Shown here: positions 36,685 through 46,383 of the stretch, piece by piece
Layout: every line of letters starts with the position of its first letter
How positions within the stretch are numbered: the stretch's first letter is position 1
Virus record (IMG/VR): IMGVR_UViG_3300037468_000183
Coordinates: 40,081 to 104,080 of that record
Length of the DNA stretch: 64,000 nt
DNA from: a virus
Strand: one strand, 5' to 3'
Notes under the pieces: model-generated
Told to the model about the DNA's origin: nothing
The model's input: only the letters and a program-made list of their open reading frames with translations
Databases searched by the model: none
Translations under genes and position numbers: made by a program

Positions 36685-37349
36685 CCCTGCCGGCATTTGG
36701 CGATAGGCACATCACGGCGTATACGCTGCTGACGATTGAGCAATTAGCGCCTGATTCCGTCAACAAGCGGGCGCTGCTCAAATATCTGGGGGCCGGATTG
36801 CGTGCTAACACGCCCTGCACTGAGTTGCGCACGATCCTGCGGACATTGGCACACCAACGCCAACCGCGGAGTTACCTGGAAATCGGCGTGCGGCGGGGGT
36901 GGAGCTTGGCGCAAGTGGTCGCTGAGTGTCCACAGGTAGACGTGACGGCGTGCGACTCCTGGGTAGTGGGTTACGGCGGGGTCGCTAATCCCGGTGCGCA
37001 GTTCGTGCGTGACGAATTGGCAAAGGTCGCTCCGCAATGGCAGGGCCAGCTAACCTTTCTCGAAGGCTCGTCGCGCGACTTTCTGCCTGAGCTGGTGCGC
37101 CAGGGGTGTCGTTACGATCTGATTACGATTGACGGCGACCACACGGTAGCAGGCACACGCGCCGACTTGCGCGATGGTCTGGCGCTGCTGACCTGGGGTG
37201 GGGCGTTGGTGATGGATGACCTGATAGATCATGCCGATGGCGGCGGTTCGCTGCTGCAAACGTGGCGCGCTGTGCAGGCGGAATTTCCCGGCTTCGTGTG
37301 GCACGAGTTGGCGGGCCTGGTTCCGGTGGGGGTGGCGGAGCACGCATGA
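36681..37349 (+). CDS. Class I SAM methyltransferase (Methyltransf_24-like, sugar O-methyltransferase)
   Basis: YLEIGVRRGWS, EGSSRD, DLITIDGDH, GGALVMDD. Confidence 0.85.
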   Translation: MTLPAFGDRHITAYTLLTIEQLAPDSVNKRALLKYLGAGLRANTPCTELRTILRTLAHQRQPRSYLEIGVRRGWSLAQVVAECPQVDVTACDSWVVGYGGVANPGAQFVRDELAKVAPQWQGQLTFLEGSSRDFLPELVRQGCRYDLITIDGDHTVAGTRADLRDGLALLTWGGALVMDDLIDHADGGGSLLQTWRAVQAEFPGFVWHELAGLVPVGVAEHA

Positions 37350-38068
37350 AGACGTATCCACAAGTTTGCATGTTGTCCCTGTGGAGAAACGACGCGGCCC
37401 GCGACCTGGAATTTCGGGCACGTCACCTGCTCAGCAAGTCTTTTCCCGCGCTACGTTGGGTATGGGTGGTTGGAGACTCCGACGACGACACCTATCAGCG
37501 GCTGCTGGCCATCATCAACGCAGTCAGGCCGTGGCGGCATGTCGATCTGATTCGCCACACGACCGGCATACCCGGCAATGATCCGCCGCAACGTCGCGAG
37601 CGCCTCTCGGCATCGGCCAACTTCGGCTTGTCGCTGCTGAGCGCCGAAGATGATTATTTTCTGATGCACGAATCAGACTTGCGCAGTCCGCCGAATCTGG
37701 TTGAGCGTTTTCTGGATCACGCCGCGGCGGGGCGCTGTCCGGTGGCGGGCTGGCCGATTCTGCCGATTAGCCAGACGCAGGCGTTGTTTTACGACATCTG
37801 GGCCTATCGCAAAGACGGCAGCATGTTTACGAATGCGCCGCCCTACCACGTGTGCTATAATGCCGCTACGCCATTCGAGGTTGACAGCTTCGGCTCGTGC
37901 TGGCTGGCGGATGCGGAGGACATGCGGCAGGTGGGCATTCGCTTCGCGGAGTTGGCAGTGTTGGACATTTGCGCACAGTTGCGGGAGCTAGGTCGGCACC
38001 TGTGGGTCGATCCCAAGCTGACGATTGTCCAGCCCGCGGCATTATGGGAGTGCCATCCGGTAACATGA
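37346..38068 (+). CDS. GT-A fold glycosyltransferase (Anp1/GT62-like)
   Basis: GDSDDDT, LMHESDL, FYDIWAYR, EVDSFGSC. Confidence 0.65.
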   Translation: MKTYPQVCMLSLWRNDAARDLEFRARHLLSKSFPALRWVWVVGDSDDDTYQRLLAIINAVRPWRHVDLIRHTTGIPGNDPPQRRERLSASANFGLSLLSAEDDYFLMHESDLRSPPNLVERFLDHAAAGRCPVAGWPILPISQTQALFYDIWAYRKDGSMFTNAPPYHVCYNAATPFEVDSFGSCWLADAEDMRQVGIRFAELAVLDICAQLRELGRHLWVDPKLTIVQPAALWECHPVT

Positions 38069-38203
38069 GAAGTTTGCGGGCGCGTTCTATCCTGGTATTA
38101 GATCGCACGCCCGGCGAGTTGTACACGCTCCTGGGCCACTGTCGCAGCGGTGTGTATTGGAGCAACGAGCTTGCACGAGTGCGGGCGGAAAGGGCTAAAC
38201 AGG

Positions 38204-38680
38204 ATGCCGATATTCGAGCCAGTGGTGATCCTGAAACCGGAAATGGTACAGATCGCGGAGAGCGCCAGGGTGGACAGCTTCGTGAAAATCGAAGGCGGCC
38301 AGGGCGTAACGATTGGCGAGTATACGCACATTGCCTCGTTCTGCCATGTCAACGTGGGCGGCGGCAAGGTGACCATCGGTAAGCATGTCGGGCTGGCCAG
38401 CGGCGCAAAGGTGTTGGGTGGCAGCGCCTCGCCACGCGGACTGTCCATGTCTGCGGCTAGTCCGCCTGAGATGCAGGTGATTACACATCGGCATACGGTG
38501 ATCGGGGACTACTGTCTGATCGGTACGAATGCGATTGTTCGGGAAGGGGTGCAGATGGGCGAGGGGTCAGTACTGGCCGCCGGTAGTGTCGCGACGCACG
38601 ACATCCCGCCGTGGACGATTGCGGCAGGTGAACCGGCTAAAGTCATCAAGCCGCGAGAGCACGACGCCGCGACCAGGTAG
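38204..38680 (+). CDS. Hexapeptide-repeat (LbH) acetyltransferase
   Basis: VTIGEYTHI, VTIGKHVGL, VIGDYCLIG, AGSVATHDIP...AGEPAK. Confidence 0.9.
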   Translation: MPIFEPVVILKPEMVQIAESARVDSFVKIEGGQGVTIGEYTHIASFCHVNVGGGKVTIGKHVGLASGAKVLGGSASPRGLSMSAASPPEMQVITHRHTVIGDYCLIGTNAIVREGVQMGEGSVLAAGSVATHDIPPWTIAAGEPAKVIKPREHDAATR

Positions 38681-38696
38681 GGTGGTAGAGGACGCA

Positions 38697-38891
38697 ATGC
38701 CCAACGATCTCGGCACACTCGAACTCGATCCGAACGTCGTCTTGCGCGGCGCAGTGCTGCATATCCGGCTGGTCAACGTGCGCGCCTTGCGCATCCGGTT
38801 GCTGCTCACGGCTTGGCTGCTGTGTCTGATCGGCATTCTGCTGGATTGCTACATCGTATTTGACAAAGAGGACGCGGAGGAGGGCGCATGA
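38697..38891 (+). CDS. Small hypothetical protein
   Basis: GAGG RBS; hydrophobic C-terminal half. Confidence 0.5.
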   Translation: MPNDLGTLELDPNVVLRGAVLHIRLVNVRALRIRLLLTAWLLCLIGILLDCYIVFDKEDAEEGA

Positions 38892-39091
38892 GGCTACTGC
38901 TATTCCGAATCGACCTACAGCCGCAGTTTCAAGGGCTGGACTGGGAAGCCGTGCGCTTCGAGCATTGTACCGCCGAAGCTCAGAACGCAGTGCGCGCTGT
39001 GGGGATGGGGCAGTACTGGGAGATGGACGATTACGTTGACGGCGCGTATACCGACATTCGATCCGATGACCAGCACAAGACGGGTGCCTAG
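38888..39091 (+). CDS. Small hypothetical protein
   Basis: GGAGGAGG RBS, ATGA coupling. Confidence 0.5.
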   Translation: MRLLLFRIDLQPQFQGLDWEAVRFEHCTAEAQNAVRAVGMGQYWEMDDYVDGAYTDIRSDDQHKTGA

Positions 39092-39094
39092 TCG

Positions 39095-39475
39095 ATGACC
39101 AGCTTTATCAGCGCCGCAGAACTGACACAGATGCGCGCCGACGCCGCACGCACGTTGCTGGACGCAACCTGCACGCTGTTGACGCCGACTGCAAATGTCA
39201 ATGGCATTGGCGAGACAACGTTGACTTGGGGCACAGTTGGCGTTGCGGTGCCGTGTCGTCTGCGGCCGGCTGGTCTCCAGGCGCAGATGGTGCAGCTTGG
39301 CGGCCAGCCGCAAACGTCCGCTGACTGGCAATTGACGCTGCCGTTTGGCACGGTCACGGTTGCGCCAGGTGACCGCGTGGTGATCGACGGCGCAACCTTC
39401 GAGGTCAAACAAAGCATCGAGGAAGAAACGTGGCGCACGGCTGTGCGGGTGAACATGCTCCGCATTGAGGTTTGA
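39095..39475 (+). CDS. Head closure / stopper protein
   Basis: PCRL...LTLPFGT...GDRVVIDG.TFEV. Confidence 0.8.
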   Translation: MTSFISAAELTQMRADAARTLLDATCTLLTPTANVNGIGETTLTWGTVGVAVPCRLRPAGLQAQMVQLGGQPQTSADWQLTLPFGTVTVAPGDRVVIDGATFEVKQSIEEETWRTAVRVNMLRIEV

Positions 39476-39476
39476 C

Positions 39477-39857
39477 GTGTCTATCGTGACAACGGTGGTT
39501 TTCGACAACTTGCCAGCGCTGAACAAGCAGGCGACAGCGATGGCGGTGCAGGCGGTGAAGAAAGCCGCTTTCGATATCGAGGAGCACGCGAAGACGATTG
39601 TGCCTGTGGATACCGGCTTCCTGAAGAACTCGATTGCGACACAGGTCGGGGCCGATGGGTTGCACAGTCCACGGGGGTCATCTTCGCATCAGCACTCACC
39701 AGCAAACGACTTGACGGCCTACGTTGGGGCACACGCGGAGTATGCGGCGAATGTCGAGTACGGTCTCGGCCAACGACCGCAGCCGTACTTGCGGCCCGCA
39801 GTCGAGCGGGTGCGACCGGCGTTTATCGAGGCGATGAAGCAGATCGCGAAGATGTGA
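39477..39857 (+). CDS. HK97 gp10-like tail completion protein
   Basis: PVDTGFLKNSI, EYAANVEYG, PQPYLRPA. Confidence 0.9.
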   Translation: MSIVTTVVFDNLPALNKQATAMAVQAVKKAAFDIEEHAKTIVPVDTGFLKNSIATQVGADGLHSPRGSSSHQHSPANDLTAYVGAHAEYAANVEYGLGQRPQPYLRPAVERVRPAFIEAMKQIAKM

Positions 39858-39901
39858 TAGGGGCGATGTAGCACTAGCAATAGAAAGAGAGAACGCAACA
39901 A

Positions 39902-41131
39902 ATGCGGATACTTTTTCAGGCAAATGCGCCGTGGTGCGCAACGGGATATGGTGTGCAAGGCAAGCACCTCGTGCCGCGCCTTCAGGCGCTCGGCCACGAT
40001 CTGGCGTACTTCGCCTTCTACGGGCTACAGAATGGCGTGCTGAACATTTCCGGCGTGCCAATCTACCCGATGGGGACACAGCCCTGGGGCCAAGATGTCG
40101 TCAGCGCGCATATGGCGCACTTCAAGGCCGATCTGCTTATCTCGCTGCTCGACGTGTGGGTGCTCGACGGCTACGGCGCGAAGGCCAAAGAGGGCGGCTG
40201 GCTGTGGTGTCCCTGGACGCCGGTGGATTGCGAGCCGGTGCCACCGCTGGTACTCAAGCGGCTCGAAGGTGCGCACACGGTCATTCCATACGCCCGGCAC
40301 GGCGAAGCGGAGTTTCGCAAGGCCGGCATACTCAACACGCGCTATATCCCGCATGGCGTGGTGACTGAGACCTTCAAGCCAATGGATCAACACGACTGCC
40401 GTCAGGCGCTAGGTCTGCCGCAAAACGTGTTCATCATCGGCATGGTCGCAGCGAACAAGGGCTTTCCGGCGCGCAAGTGTTTTGCGGAGCAGTTGACGGC
40501 CTTCGCAGAATTCAAGAAGAAGGTGCCAGATGCCATCTTCTATCTGCACACGATCCGGGGCCAGGAGCATGGCGGCATCAATTTTGCCGAATTACTGTGG
40601 CGACTCGGTTTGACCGAGGGCAAGGACGTGATCTTCAGCGACCAGTACACGTACATTCTCGGCTGGCCCGAAGAACGCATGGCGCAGCTTTACAATTGCT
40701 TCGATGTGCTATCACTGGCATCGATGGGCGAGGGCTTCGGCATCCCGCTAATCGAGGCGCAAGCCTGCGGGATTCCGGTGGTTTCCTGCGACAATACCGC
40801 CATGACCGAGTTGACTTTTGCGGGCGTGTGCATCCCGAAGGCGCAGCAATATCCCTGGTGGACGCCGTTGGCTTCCTGGCAGATGATTCCGCAGATCGGC
40901 GCGATTCTGGACGCCTATGTCGATCTGTACGAACAACTCACGCGCACGCCGGGGCGTCGTCAAGAGTTGGCACAGGTCGCCCGCGCGGGCGCGTTGGCTT
41001 ACGATTGGGATCGCGTCGTGGCTGACTTCTGGAAGCCATTCCTGGAAGGTCTTCAGGCTGAGAAAGACGCCAAGCGCGTCGCGCCGGACGGGGCCGCGGA
41101 GGTGCGGGAGTATGAAGAACAACGTTCTTGA
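39902..41131 (+). CDS. GT4 (GT-B) glycosyltransferase
   Basis: TGYG, IPHGV, ANK..RK, EGFGIPLIEAQACGIPVV. Confidence 0.9.
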   Translation: MRILFQANAPWCATGYGVQGKHLVPRLQALGHDLAYFAFYGLQNGVLNISGVPIYPMGTQPWGQDVVSAHMAHFKADLLISLLDVWVLDGYGAKAKEGGWLWCPWTPVDCEPVPPLVLKRLEGAHTVIPYARHGEAEFRKAGILNTRYIPHGVVTETFKPMDQHDCRQALGLPQNVFIIGMVAANKGFPARKCFAEQLTAFAEFKKKVPDAIFYLHTIRGQEHGGINFAELLWRLGLTEGKDVIFSDQYTYILGWPEERMAQLYNCFDVLSLASMGEGFGIPLIEAQACGIPVVSCDNTAMTELTFAGVCIPKAQQYPWWTPLASWQMIPQIGAILDAYVDLYEQLTRTPGRRQELAQVARAGALAYDWDRVVADFWKPFLEGLQAEKDAKRVAPDGAAEVREYEEQRS

Positions 41132-41358
41132 GGTATGAGGCTGTGCAACTATACGAGGCAACTAACGGCTACGTCGGACAAGATTATGTGCGCCTGTACG
41201 TTTGGGCAAAGAGCCAGGAGCGGGCCACGGAACTTGCACTTCAGAAGTTCAAGAACGGCAGAGACAAAATCGTTCTCGAATTGCTTTTCTCCGCTGACAC
41301 GTCCGAGTTTTGCACTGACGTTAGCGATACCGGATGGGACAGGAGCCTTGAGGCATGA
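41128..41358 (+). CDS. Hypothetical protein
   Basis: Fills the operon gap; coupled to both neighbours. Confidence 0.5.
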   Translation: MRYEAVQLYEATNGYVGQDYVRLYVWAKSQERATELALQKFKNGRDKIVLELLFSADTSEFCTDVSDTGWDRSLEA

Positions 41359-41753
41359 GCGAGAACGCGTTTGAGACGGCGCTGCGCACACAACTCGCCA
41401 GCGGGACGGCGCTCATCAATCTGCTTGGCGGCACGGCCATCTACAACGGCCAGCCGCCTGCCGGCATCGCGCGACCATGGGTGACCTTCTCGCTGGCATC
41501 GGGTATGGAGGACAATCAGACTCCGTATGATACGCAGCGGCTGGTCTACCTGGTCAAGGCTGTGGCAGACTCACTGCTGACGGCGGGCTTGATTGCCAAC
41601 GAGATTCAAAGTCGATTACATCACCAAGAGACCGCGATTGGCAGCGGTGTGTTTTGGGCGACGCGGGAAACCGTGGTGCGGTATCAGGAAATCGACCCGG
41701 TGGGCCACGTAATCGGCCACGCCGGGGGCGAGTACGCGTTTAGGCGCGGTTGA
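41355..41753 (+). CDS. Tail terminator (DUF3168-like)
   Basis: ETALRTQL...LLGGTAIY...P...PWVTF; position before the tail tube gene. Confidence 0.75.
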   Translation: MSENAFETALRTQLASGTALINLLGGTAIYNGQPPAGIARPWVTFSLASGMEDNQTPYDTQRLVYLVKAVADSLLTAGLIANEIQSRLHHQETAIGSGVFWATRETVVRYQEIDPVGHVIGHAGGEYAFRRG

Positions 41754-41793
41754 CGGATGGACATTGACGCTATGAGCAGCTAGGAGGTTTTAC

Positions 41794-42204
41794 ATGGCAC
41801 GTTACACAGGCAGAGATTTGGCCGTCTGCTGGAATTACGTGGGCGGTTCGGTATTCCTGGAGGATGACTTTCGGTCGCTGGACGTGACCGAGGGCGTGCA
41901 GGACGCCAATAGCACGGCAGGCAACGATACCTATGCCGGGCATCTGGCAACCTACATCGATGCGTCGGCATCCTTCGAGATGGTGGGCACGGCTGGCAGC
42001 GGTACCGTGCACTGGTCGAAGCTCGCGCCACGCAGCGCCGGGACGCTGGTATGGCATCCCGAAGGCACGGCGCAGGGCAAGCCGAAACACACGGCGGCCG
42101 CGTACATCAGCAAGCGCGACCGTTCGTATCCGTACGCGGATGTGGTGACCGTAAGCCTGGGGTTTCAGTTCGACGGCGCGATCACGGACGGGGAAGTGGC
42201 TTGA
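41794..42204 (+). CDS. Major tail tube protein
   Basis: AGGAGG RBS; PEGT..GKPK...Y..VVT.S..FQ..G. Confidence 0.8.
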   Translation: MARYTGRDLAVCWNYVGGSVFLEDDFRSLDVTEGVQDANSTAGNDTYAGHLATYIDASASFEMVGTAGSGTVHWSKLAPRSAGTLVWHPEGTAQGKPKHTAAAYISKRDRSYPYADVVTVSLGFQFDGAITDGEVA

Positions 42205-42263
42205 CGCTCTGGGGCGTGGGTCACGACTCGCGCCCCAACGTCAGCAGGAAAGGAAAACACAGG

Positions 42264-42569
42264 ATGCCTAAAGTTGATTTGCCGGGTGATAAGAGCGCGA
42301 TCTTGGCGCTACGCATGAGCGAATTCCGTCAGTTGTGGTCAAGCGGTGCCGTGCAGAAATTGCAGGGCATGAACGCTGTGGGCGCTGACCTGAGCGAGAT
42401 TTATCCCTTGCTGGCGATTGCCGTGCGTGAATGGGACTGCACGGATGAGGCCGGCAAACCGCTTGACCCGCATAACGTTGCCAGCTATGACGAGTTGCCG
42501 CCAAGCGTCTTCATGGTGCTGATGCGAGAACTCGGCCAGCTCGTGAGCGGCGTCGAAGTAAAAAACTGA
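42264..42569 (+). CDS. Tail assembly chaperone (gpG-like)
   Basis: Between tube and tape measure; W...DE.G.PL; ends at a slippery site. Confidence 0.8.
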   Translation: MPKVDLPGDKSAILALRMSEFRQLWSSGAVQKLQGMNAVGADLSEIYPLLAIAVREWDCTDEAGKPLDPHNVASYDELPPSVFMVLMRELGQLVSGVEVKN

Positions 42570-42742
42570 GCAAGGAGGTCTTCCTGTCCTTGCGAGGCGG
42601 GAAGCCTCCACCCTACGAAATGACGCGGGCGCAGGTGTGTGAGCGCATGGGCTGGACGTTTGCCTACTATGATTCGCTCGATTGGGATGACGTGCTCGGC
42701 CTGTTGCAGGTTTGGGATGGGCTGGACAAGGCGCGCCGCTAG
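42560..42742 (+). other. -1 programmed frameshift (A AAA AAC) giving the gpGT-like extension
   Basis: Slippery heptamer 42560-42566; -1 frame open to TAG 42742 (LSKEVF...CERMGWT...KARR). Confidence 0.8.
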
Positions 42743-42749
42743 GTGATTT

Positions 42750-45700
42750 ATGGCTGAAACCATTGCCGAACTACTGGTAAAAGTTGGCGCTGATATTTCC
42801 GGGATGCAGCAGGGCTTCTCGGATGCTGAGACGAAGTTGACCAACTTCGGCAACACCGCGACGACCGCGGGCACGAACCTGGTCAAGCTCGGCGCGCCAT
42901 TGGTGGCATTGGGTGGAGCCGTGGCGGTCGTGGCCGGCGACTTTGAAACGTCCATGAACATCCTGAACGTCGCGGCGGGCGGAAGTAACACGACGCTGGA
43001 GGATTTGCGCAAGACGGCCGTCAAGGCGGGCGCAGATGTGAACCTGGTTGGCGTGAGTGCTTCTGACGTTGCCACGGCCATGAGCAACTTTACAAAAGCT
43101 GGCGTGCCGCTCAATACCATGCTTGGCAGCATGGAGGGCTATCTGAATGGCACCGCACAGATGGGCGGCACACTCAGGGCGGCGATTGATCTGGCTGCGG
43201 CCAGTGAACTGGACTTGGAGGAAGCCAGCCGTCTGGTGATTACGACACTGGCAACCTTCGGCACGGGCGCAGGCAGCGCCAGCGATGCAATGGATTTGAT
43301 GGTGCGTGCGGCGGATGCATCCGTATTGAGCGTCAACGATATCAAAGAGGCGCTTATCAATGTCGGCCCAACGATGTCCGGTTTTGGCGTACCGTTGGGC
43401 GAAGTCGTGACGGCGCTGGCATTGCTCTCGACACGCGGCATCACCGGGGCCGAGGCGGGTACGGCGCTCCAGTCGATGATGCTGAATCTGATGCGCACTA
43501 CGCCAGATGTGACGAAGACGCTGAACGCGCTGAACGTCTCGCTGTACGATCAGGACGGCGCATTGAAACCGCTGCCGACGATCATCGGTGATTTGCAGCG
43601 GGCAATGGCCGGTATGACTGAGGAGCAGCGCAACGCGACCATTATCACGTTGGCAGGCACTTACGGCCAAAAGGCCATGAATACGCTGTTGACAGAGGGC
43701 ACGCCCGGTTGGGACGCTATGACAATAGCCATTGGCAGTGCTGCGACGATGCAAGGGACGGCAGAAGCGCGTACGAAGGGTTTCAATGCGTCAATGGAGC
43801 AGCTAAAATCCTCTGTCGAGACCTTCATGATCAATGCTGGCACGCCGCTGATTCAAAACATCTTGACACCACTGATTCAGAAATTCACCGATATCATAGG
43901 CGGGCTGGCGCTGATGGATCCGCAATGGGTGAGTATCGCTGTGGTCATCGGCGTGGTGCTGGTGGCGCTCGGCGGCCTGCTGCTAGTTGCCGGACAGTTT
44001 GCCATCGCAATCGCGGCGCTGGGGCCGGTGTTGGCAGTGATCGGCGCGGCACTAGGCGCGATCTCATTGCCGGTGCTGGCGATAGGTGTCGCATTGGCGG
44101 CGCTGGTTCTGGCGTGGAATGGCAATTGGTTCGGCATTCGTGACACGTTGACGGCGGTCTGGGATGATAAACTCAAGCCGGTATTCGAGGCGATCAAGGC
44201 GTGGTTGGAAGTCAACATTCCTGCGGCGATTGCGGTCGTAGTGGGCTTCTGGACTAATACGCTGCTTCCCGCGATCAAAGACGTTGGCGATTTCTTTACG
44301 TTGATTTTGATACCGATTTTCGCAACGATTGTTACATGGTTAGCGACGACCATCGGTGCGGCCATTACGACGCTCGCCGGCTTCTGGAATGACACGCTCC
44401 TCCCGGCAATCAAAGCCGTCTGGACGTTCATCAACGACACGCTAATCCCGATTTTTGTAACCATCGTCACCTGGCTCGGCACGACCATCGGCGGCGCAAT
44501 CTCGACGTTAGCCGGCTTCTGGAATGACACGCTGCTCCCGGCAATCAAGGCGGTCTACGACTTCATCAACGACACCCTAATCCCGATTTTTGTGACCGTC
44601 GTGGATTGGCTGGCGACGACCATCGGCGCCGCTCTCTCCACACTGGCGGGCTTCTGGACAGATACGCTGCTGCCGGCTATTACATCCGTCTACGACTTCA
44701 TCAATGTTACGTTAATCCCGATCTTTGAGACGATTCTCACATGGCTGGAGACCACTCTCACAGGCGCTATTACGACATTGGCAGGCTTCTGGAACGACAC
44801 TCTGCTACCCGCCATTACGGCCGTCTGGACGTTCATCGATACCTACATCATTCCAATTTTCAATGCGATTGCCGATGTTATCAACGCTGCGCTGACATTG
44901 GCGTTGACCGCCCTGCAAGGACTTTGGGAGAACGTGTTGCTGCCGGCGCTCAAAGCCGTTTACGATTTCATCAACGACTACATCCTGATCATTTTTGGCA
45001 CCATAGCGAGCACCATCAGCGGGGCTATTACCACCGCACTAAACGACCTAACGGGCCTATGGAATGATACGCTGTTACCGGCGTTGAAGGCCGTCTACAA
45101 CTTCATCAACGATACGCTCATTGGTATTTTCGGCAGTGTGGCGGACAAGATGAGCGGCGGTGTTACCACCGCGCTTAATGACCTTTCCGGCTTGTGGAAT
45201 GACACGCTGCTCCCGGCGTTGAAGGCCGTCTACAATTTCATCAACGACACGCTCGGCGGTGTCTTCGGGACTCTGGCGGATAATCTGAGCGGTGGTGTGA
45301 CGACCGCGACCAATGACCTTTCGGGTCTGTGGAATAACACCTTGCTGCCGGCGTTGAAGGGCGTCAAGACTTATGTCGAAACTGAACTTCCAACTGTCTT
45401 TGATACGTTGGCAAGCAACTTCTCGACGGGCATCGGCGCCGCAGTGACGTCACTGACGAACCTGTGGAATCTCGATCTGCTACCGGCGTTGCAGGGTATT
45501 TGGGGCTTCATCAAGTATTCTGTTCTCGGTGTGTTTAGCGACTTGACCACCGCAGTCGGCACGACACTGAGCGGGCCGCTGACGACGATCAAGGATTTGT
45601 GGGCGGCGCTGAAACTGTCAATTGATGGTATTCCGCAAATTCTCACGGATATCGCCACGTGGTTCGGCACGTTGGCGACCAAGATTTCAGGACTCACGCT

Positions 45701-46037
45701 GCCGTCATGGTTGACGCCCGGCTCACCAACGCCGTTTGAGACGGCGCTGCGCGGCATCCTGAGCGCTTTGCAGGATGTGTCCAACGGGCCGTGGCAGTGG
45801 TTCCTGGACTTCGTAGATTTCGTGACAGGCGGCAATGGTGGAGGTGGCAAGGGGCCGACGACGAATATCAATGTCACCGTAGCCGCGGGCGCGGTGGTGG
45901 TCTATGGCAATGCCGGCACTGGCACCGGTGACGAAATCGGGTTGGGCATCGCGCGGGCGCTCGCGGCGTTGATCAAAGCGGAAGGGACTGCTGGGGCGGC
46001 GGCGTCGGGTTCGTATATTCCGCCGTGGGCTTTCTGA
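42750..46037 (+). CDS. Tape measure protein (TP901-type core, about 40-aa W/F repeats)
   Basis: AELLVKVGAD, GAEAGTAL, YDQDG.LKPL, repeated FWNDTLLPAIKAV. Confidence 0.95.
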   Translation: MAETIAELLVKVGADISGMQQGFSDAETKLTNFGNTATTAGTNLVKLGAPLVALGGAVAVVAGDFETSMNILNVAAGGSNTTLEDLRKTAVKAGADVNLVGVSASDVATAMSNFTKAGVPLNTMLGSMEGYLNGTAQMGGTLRAAIDLAAASELDLEEASRLVITTLATFGTGAGSASDAMDLMVRAADASVLSVNDIKEALINVGPTMSGFGVPLGEVVTALALLSTRGITGAEAGTALQSMMLNLMRTTPDVTKTLNALNVSLYDQDGALKPLPTIIGDLQRAMAGMTEEQRNATIITLAGTYGQKAMNTLLTEGTPGWDAMTIAIGSAATMQGTAEARTKGFNASMEQLKSSVETFMINAGTPLIQNILTPLIQKFTDIIGGLALMDPQWVSIAVVIGVVLVALGGLLLVAGQFAIAIAALGPVLAVIGAALGAISLPVLAIGVALAALVLAWNGNWFGIRDTLTAVWDDKLKPVFEAIKAWLEVNIPAAIAVVVGFWTNTLLPAIKDVGDFFTLILIPIFATIVTWLATTIGAAITTLAGFWNDTLLPAIKAVWTFINDTLIPIFVTIVTWLGTTIGGAISTLAGFWNDTLLPAIKAVYDFINDTLIPIFVTVVDWLATTIGAALSTLAGFWTDTLLPAITSVYDFINVTLIPIFETILTWLETTLTGAITTLAGFWNDTLLPAITAVWTFIDTYIIPIFNAIADVINAALTLALTALQGLWENVLLPALKAVYDFINDYILIIFGTIASTISGAITTALNDLTGLWNDTLLPALKAVYNFINDTLIGIFGSVADKMSGGVTTALNDLSGLWNDTLLPALKAVYNFINDTLGGVFGTLADNLSGGVTTATNDLSGLWNNTLLPALKGVKTYVETELPTVFDTLASNFSTGIGAAVTSLTNLWNLDLLPALQGIWGFIKYSVLGVFSDLTTAVGTTLSGPLTTIKDLWAALKLSIDGIPQILTDIATWFGTLATKISGLTLPSWLTPGSPTPFETALRGILSALQDVSNGPWQWFLDFVDFVTGGNGGGGKGPTTNINVTVAAGAVVVYGNAGTGTGDEIGLGIARALAALIKAEGTAGAAASGSYIPPWAF

Positions 46038-46047
46038 GGATTAGAGC

Positions 46048-46383
46048 ATGGCCGAGACGTTCGGGACGATCCCATTCACGGTTTTGCAGGCAGGCATGGG
46101 CCGCGTGCAGACGGCTAATGTGGCGTTTGCGCATATTCCTGGCGGCAATGTGACGTATGTCGATTACGGCGGCCAGCAACCACTGAGCCTGCCGTACAAT
46201 CTGCTACTCAGCGAAGCCAACTATCGCACGCTGGAGGGCACGGTCGGCGGCACGGCGGCGCTGGTAACAACGGTAGACGGCTCGATCAATACAGCGGTGC
46301 TGCTGAGCCTCAGCCGCGCGTCGCGCATTCCCGTTTCCGGCACCGTCTTTGTGACCGCAGCCTTTGTGGTGGTGACGCCCTAA
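46048..46383 (+). CDS. Distal tail-like protein
   Basis: Position after tape measure; IPGGNVTYVDYGG. Confidence 0.6.
   Translation: MAETFGTIPFTVLQAGMGRVQTANVAFAHIPGGNVTYVDYGGQQPLSLPYNLLLSEANYRTLEGTVGGTAALVTTVDGSINTAVLLSLSRASRIPVSGTVFVTAAFVVVTP

Noticed and set aside
44130-45500. About 120-bp repeats suggesting a DGR or array
   Set aside because: Ordinary tape-measure repeats; no reverse transcriptase and no adenine-specific TR/VR pair seen
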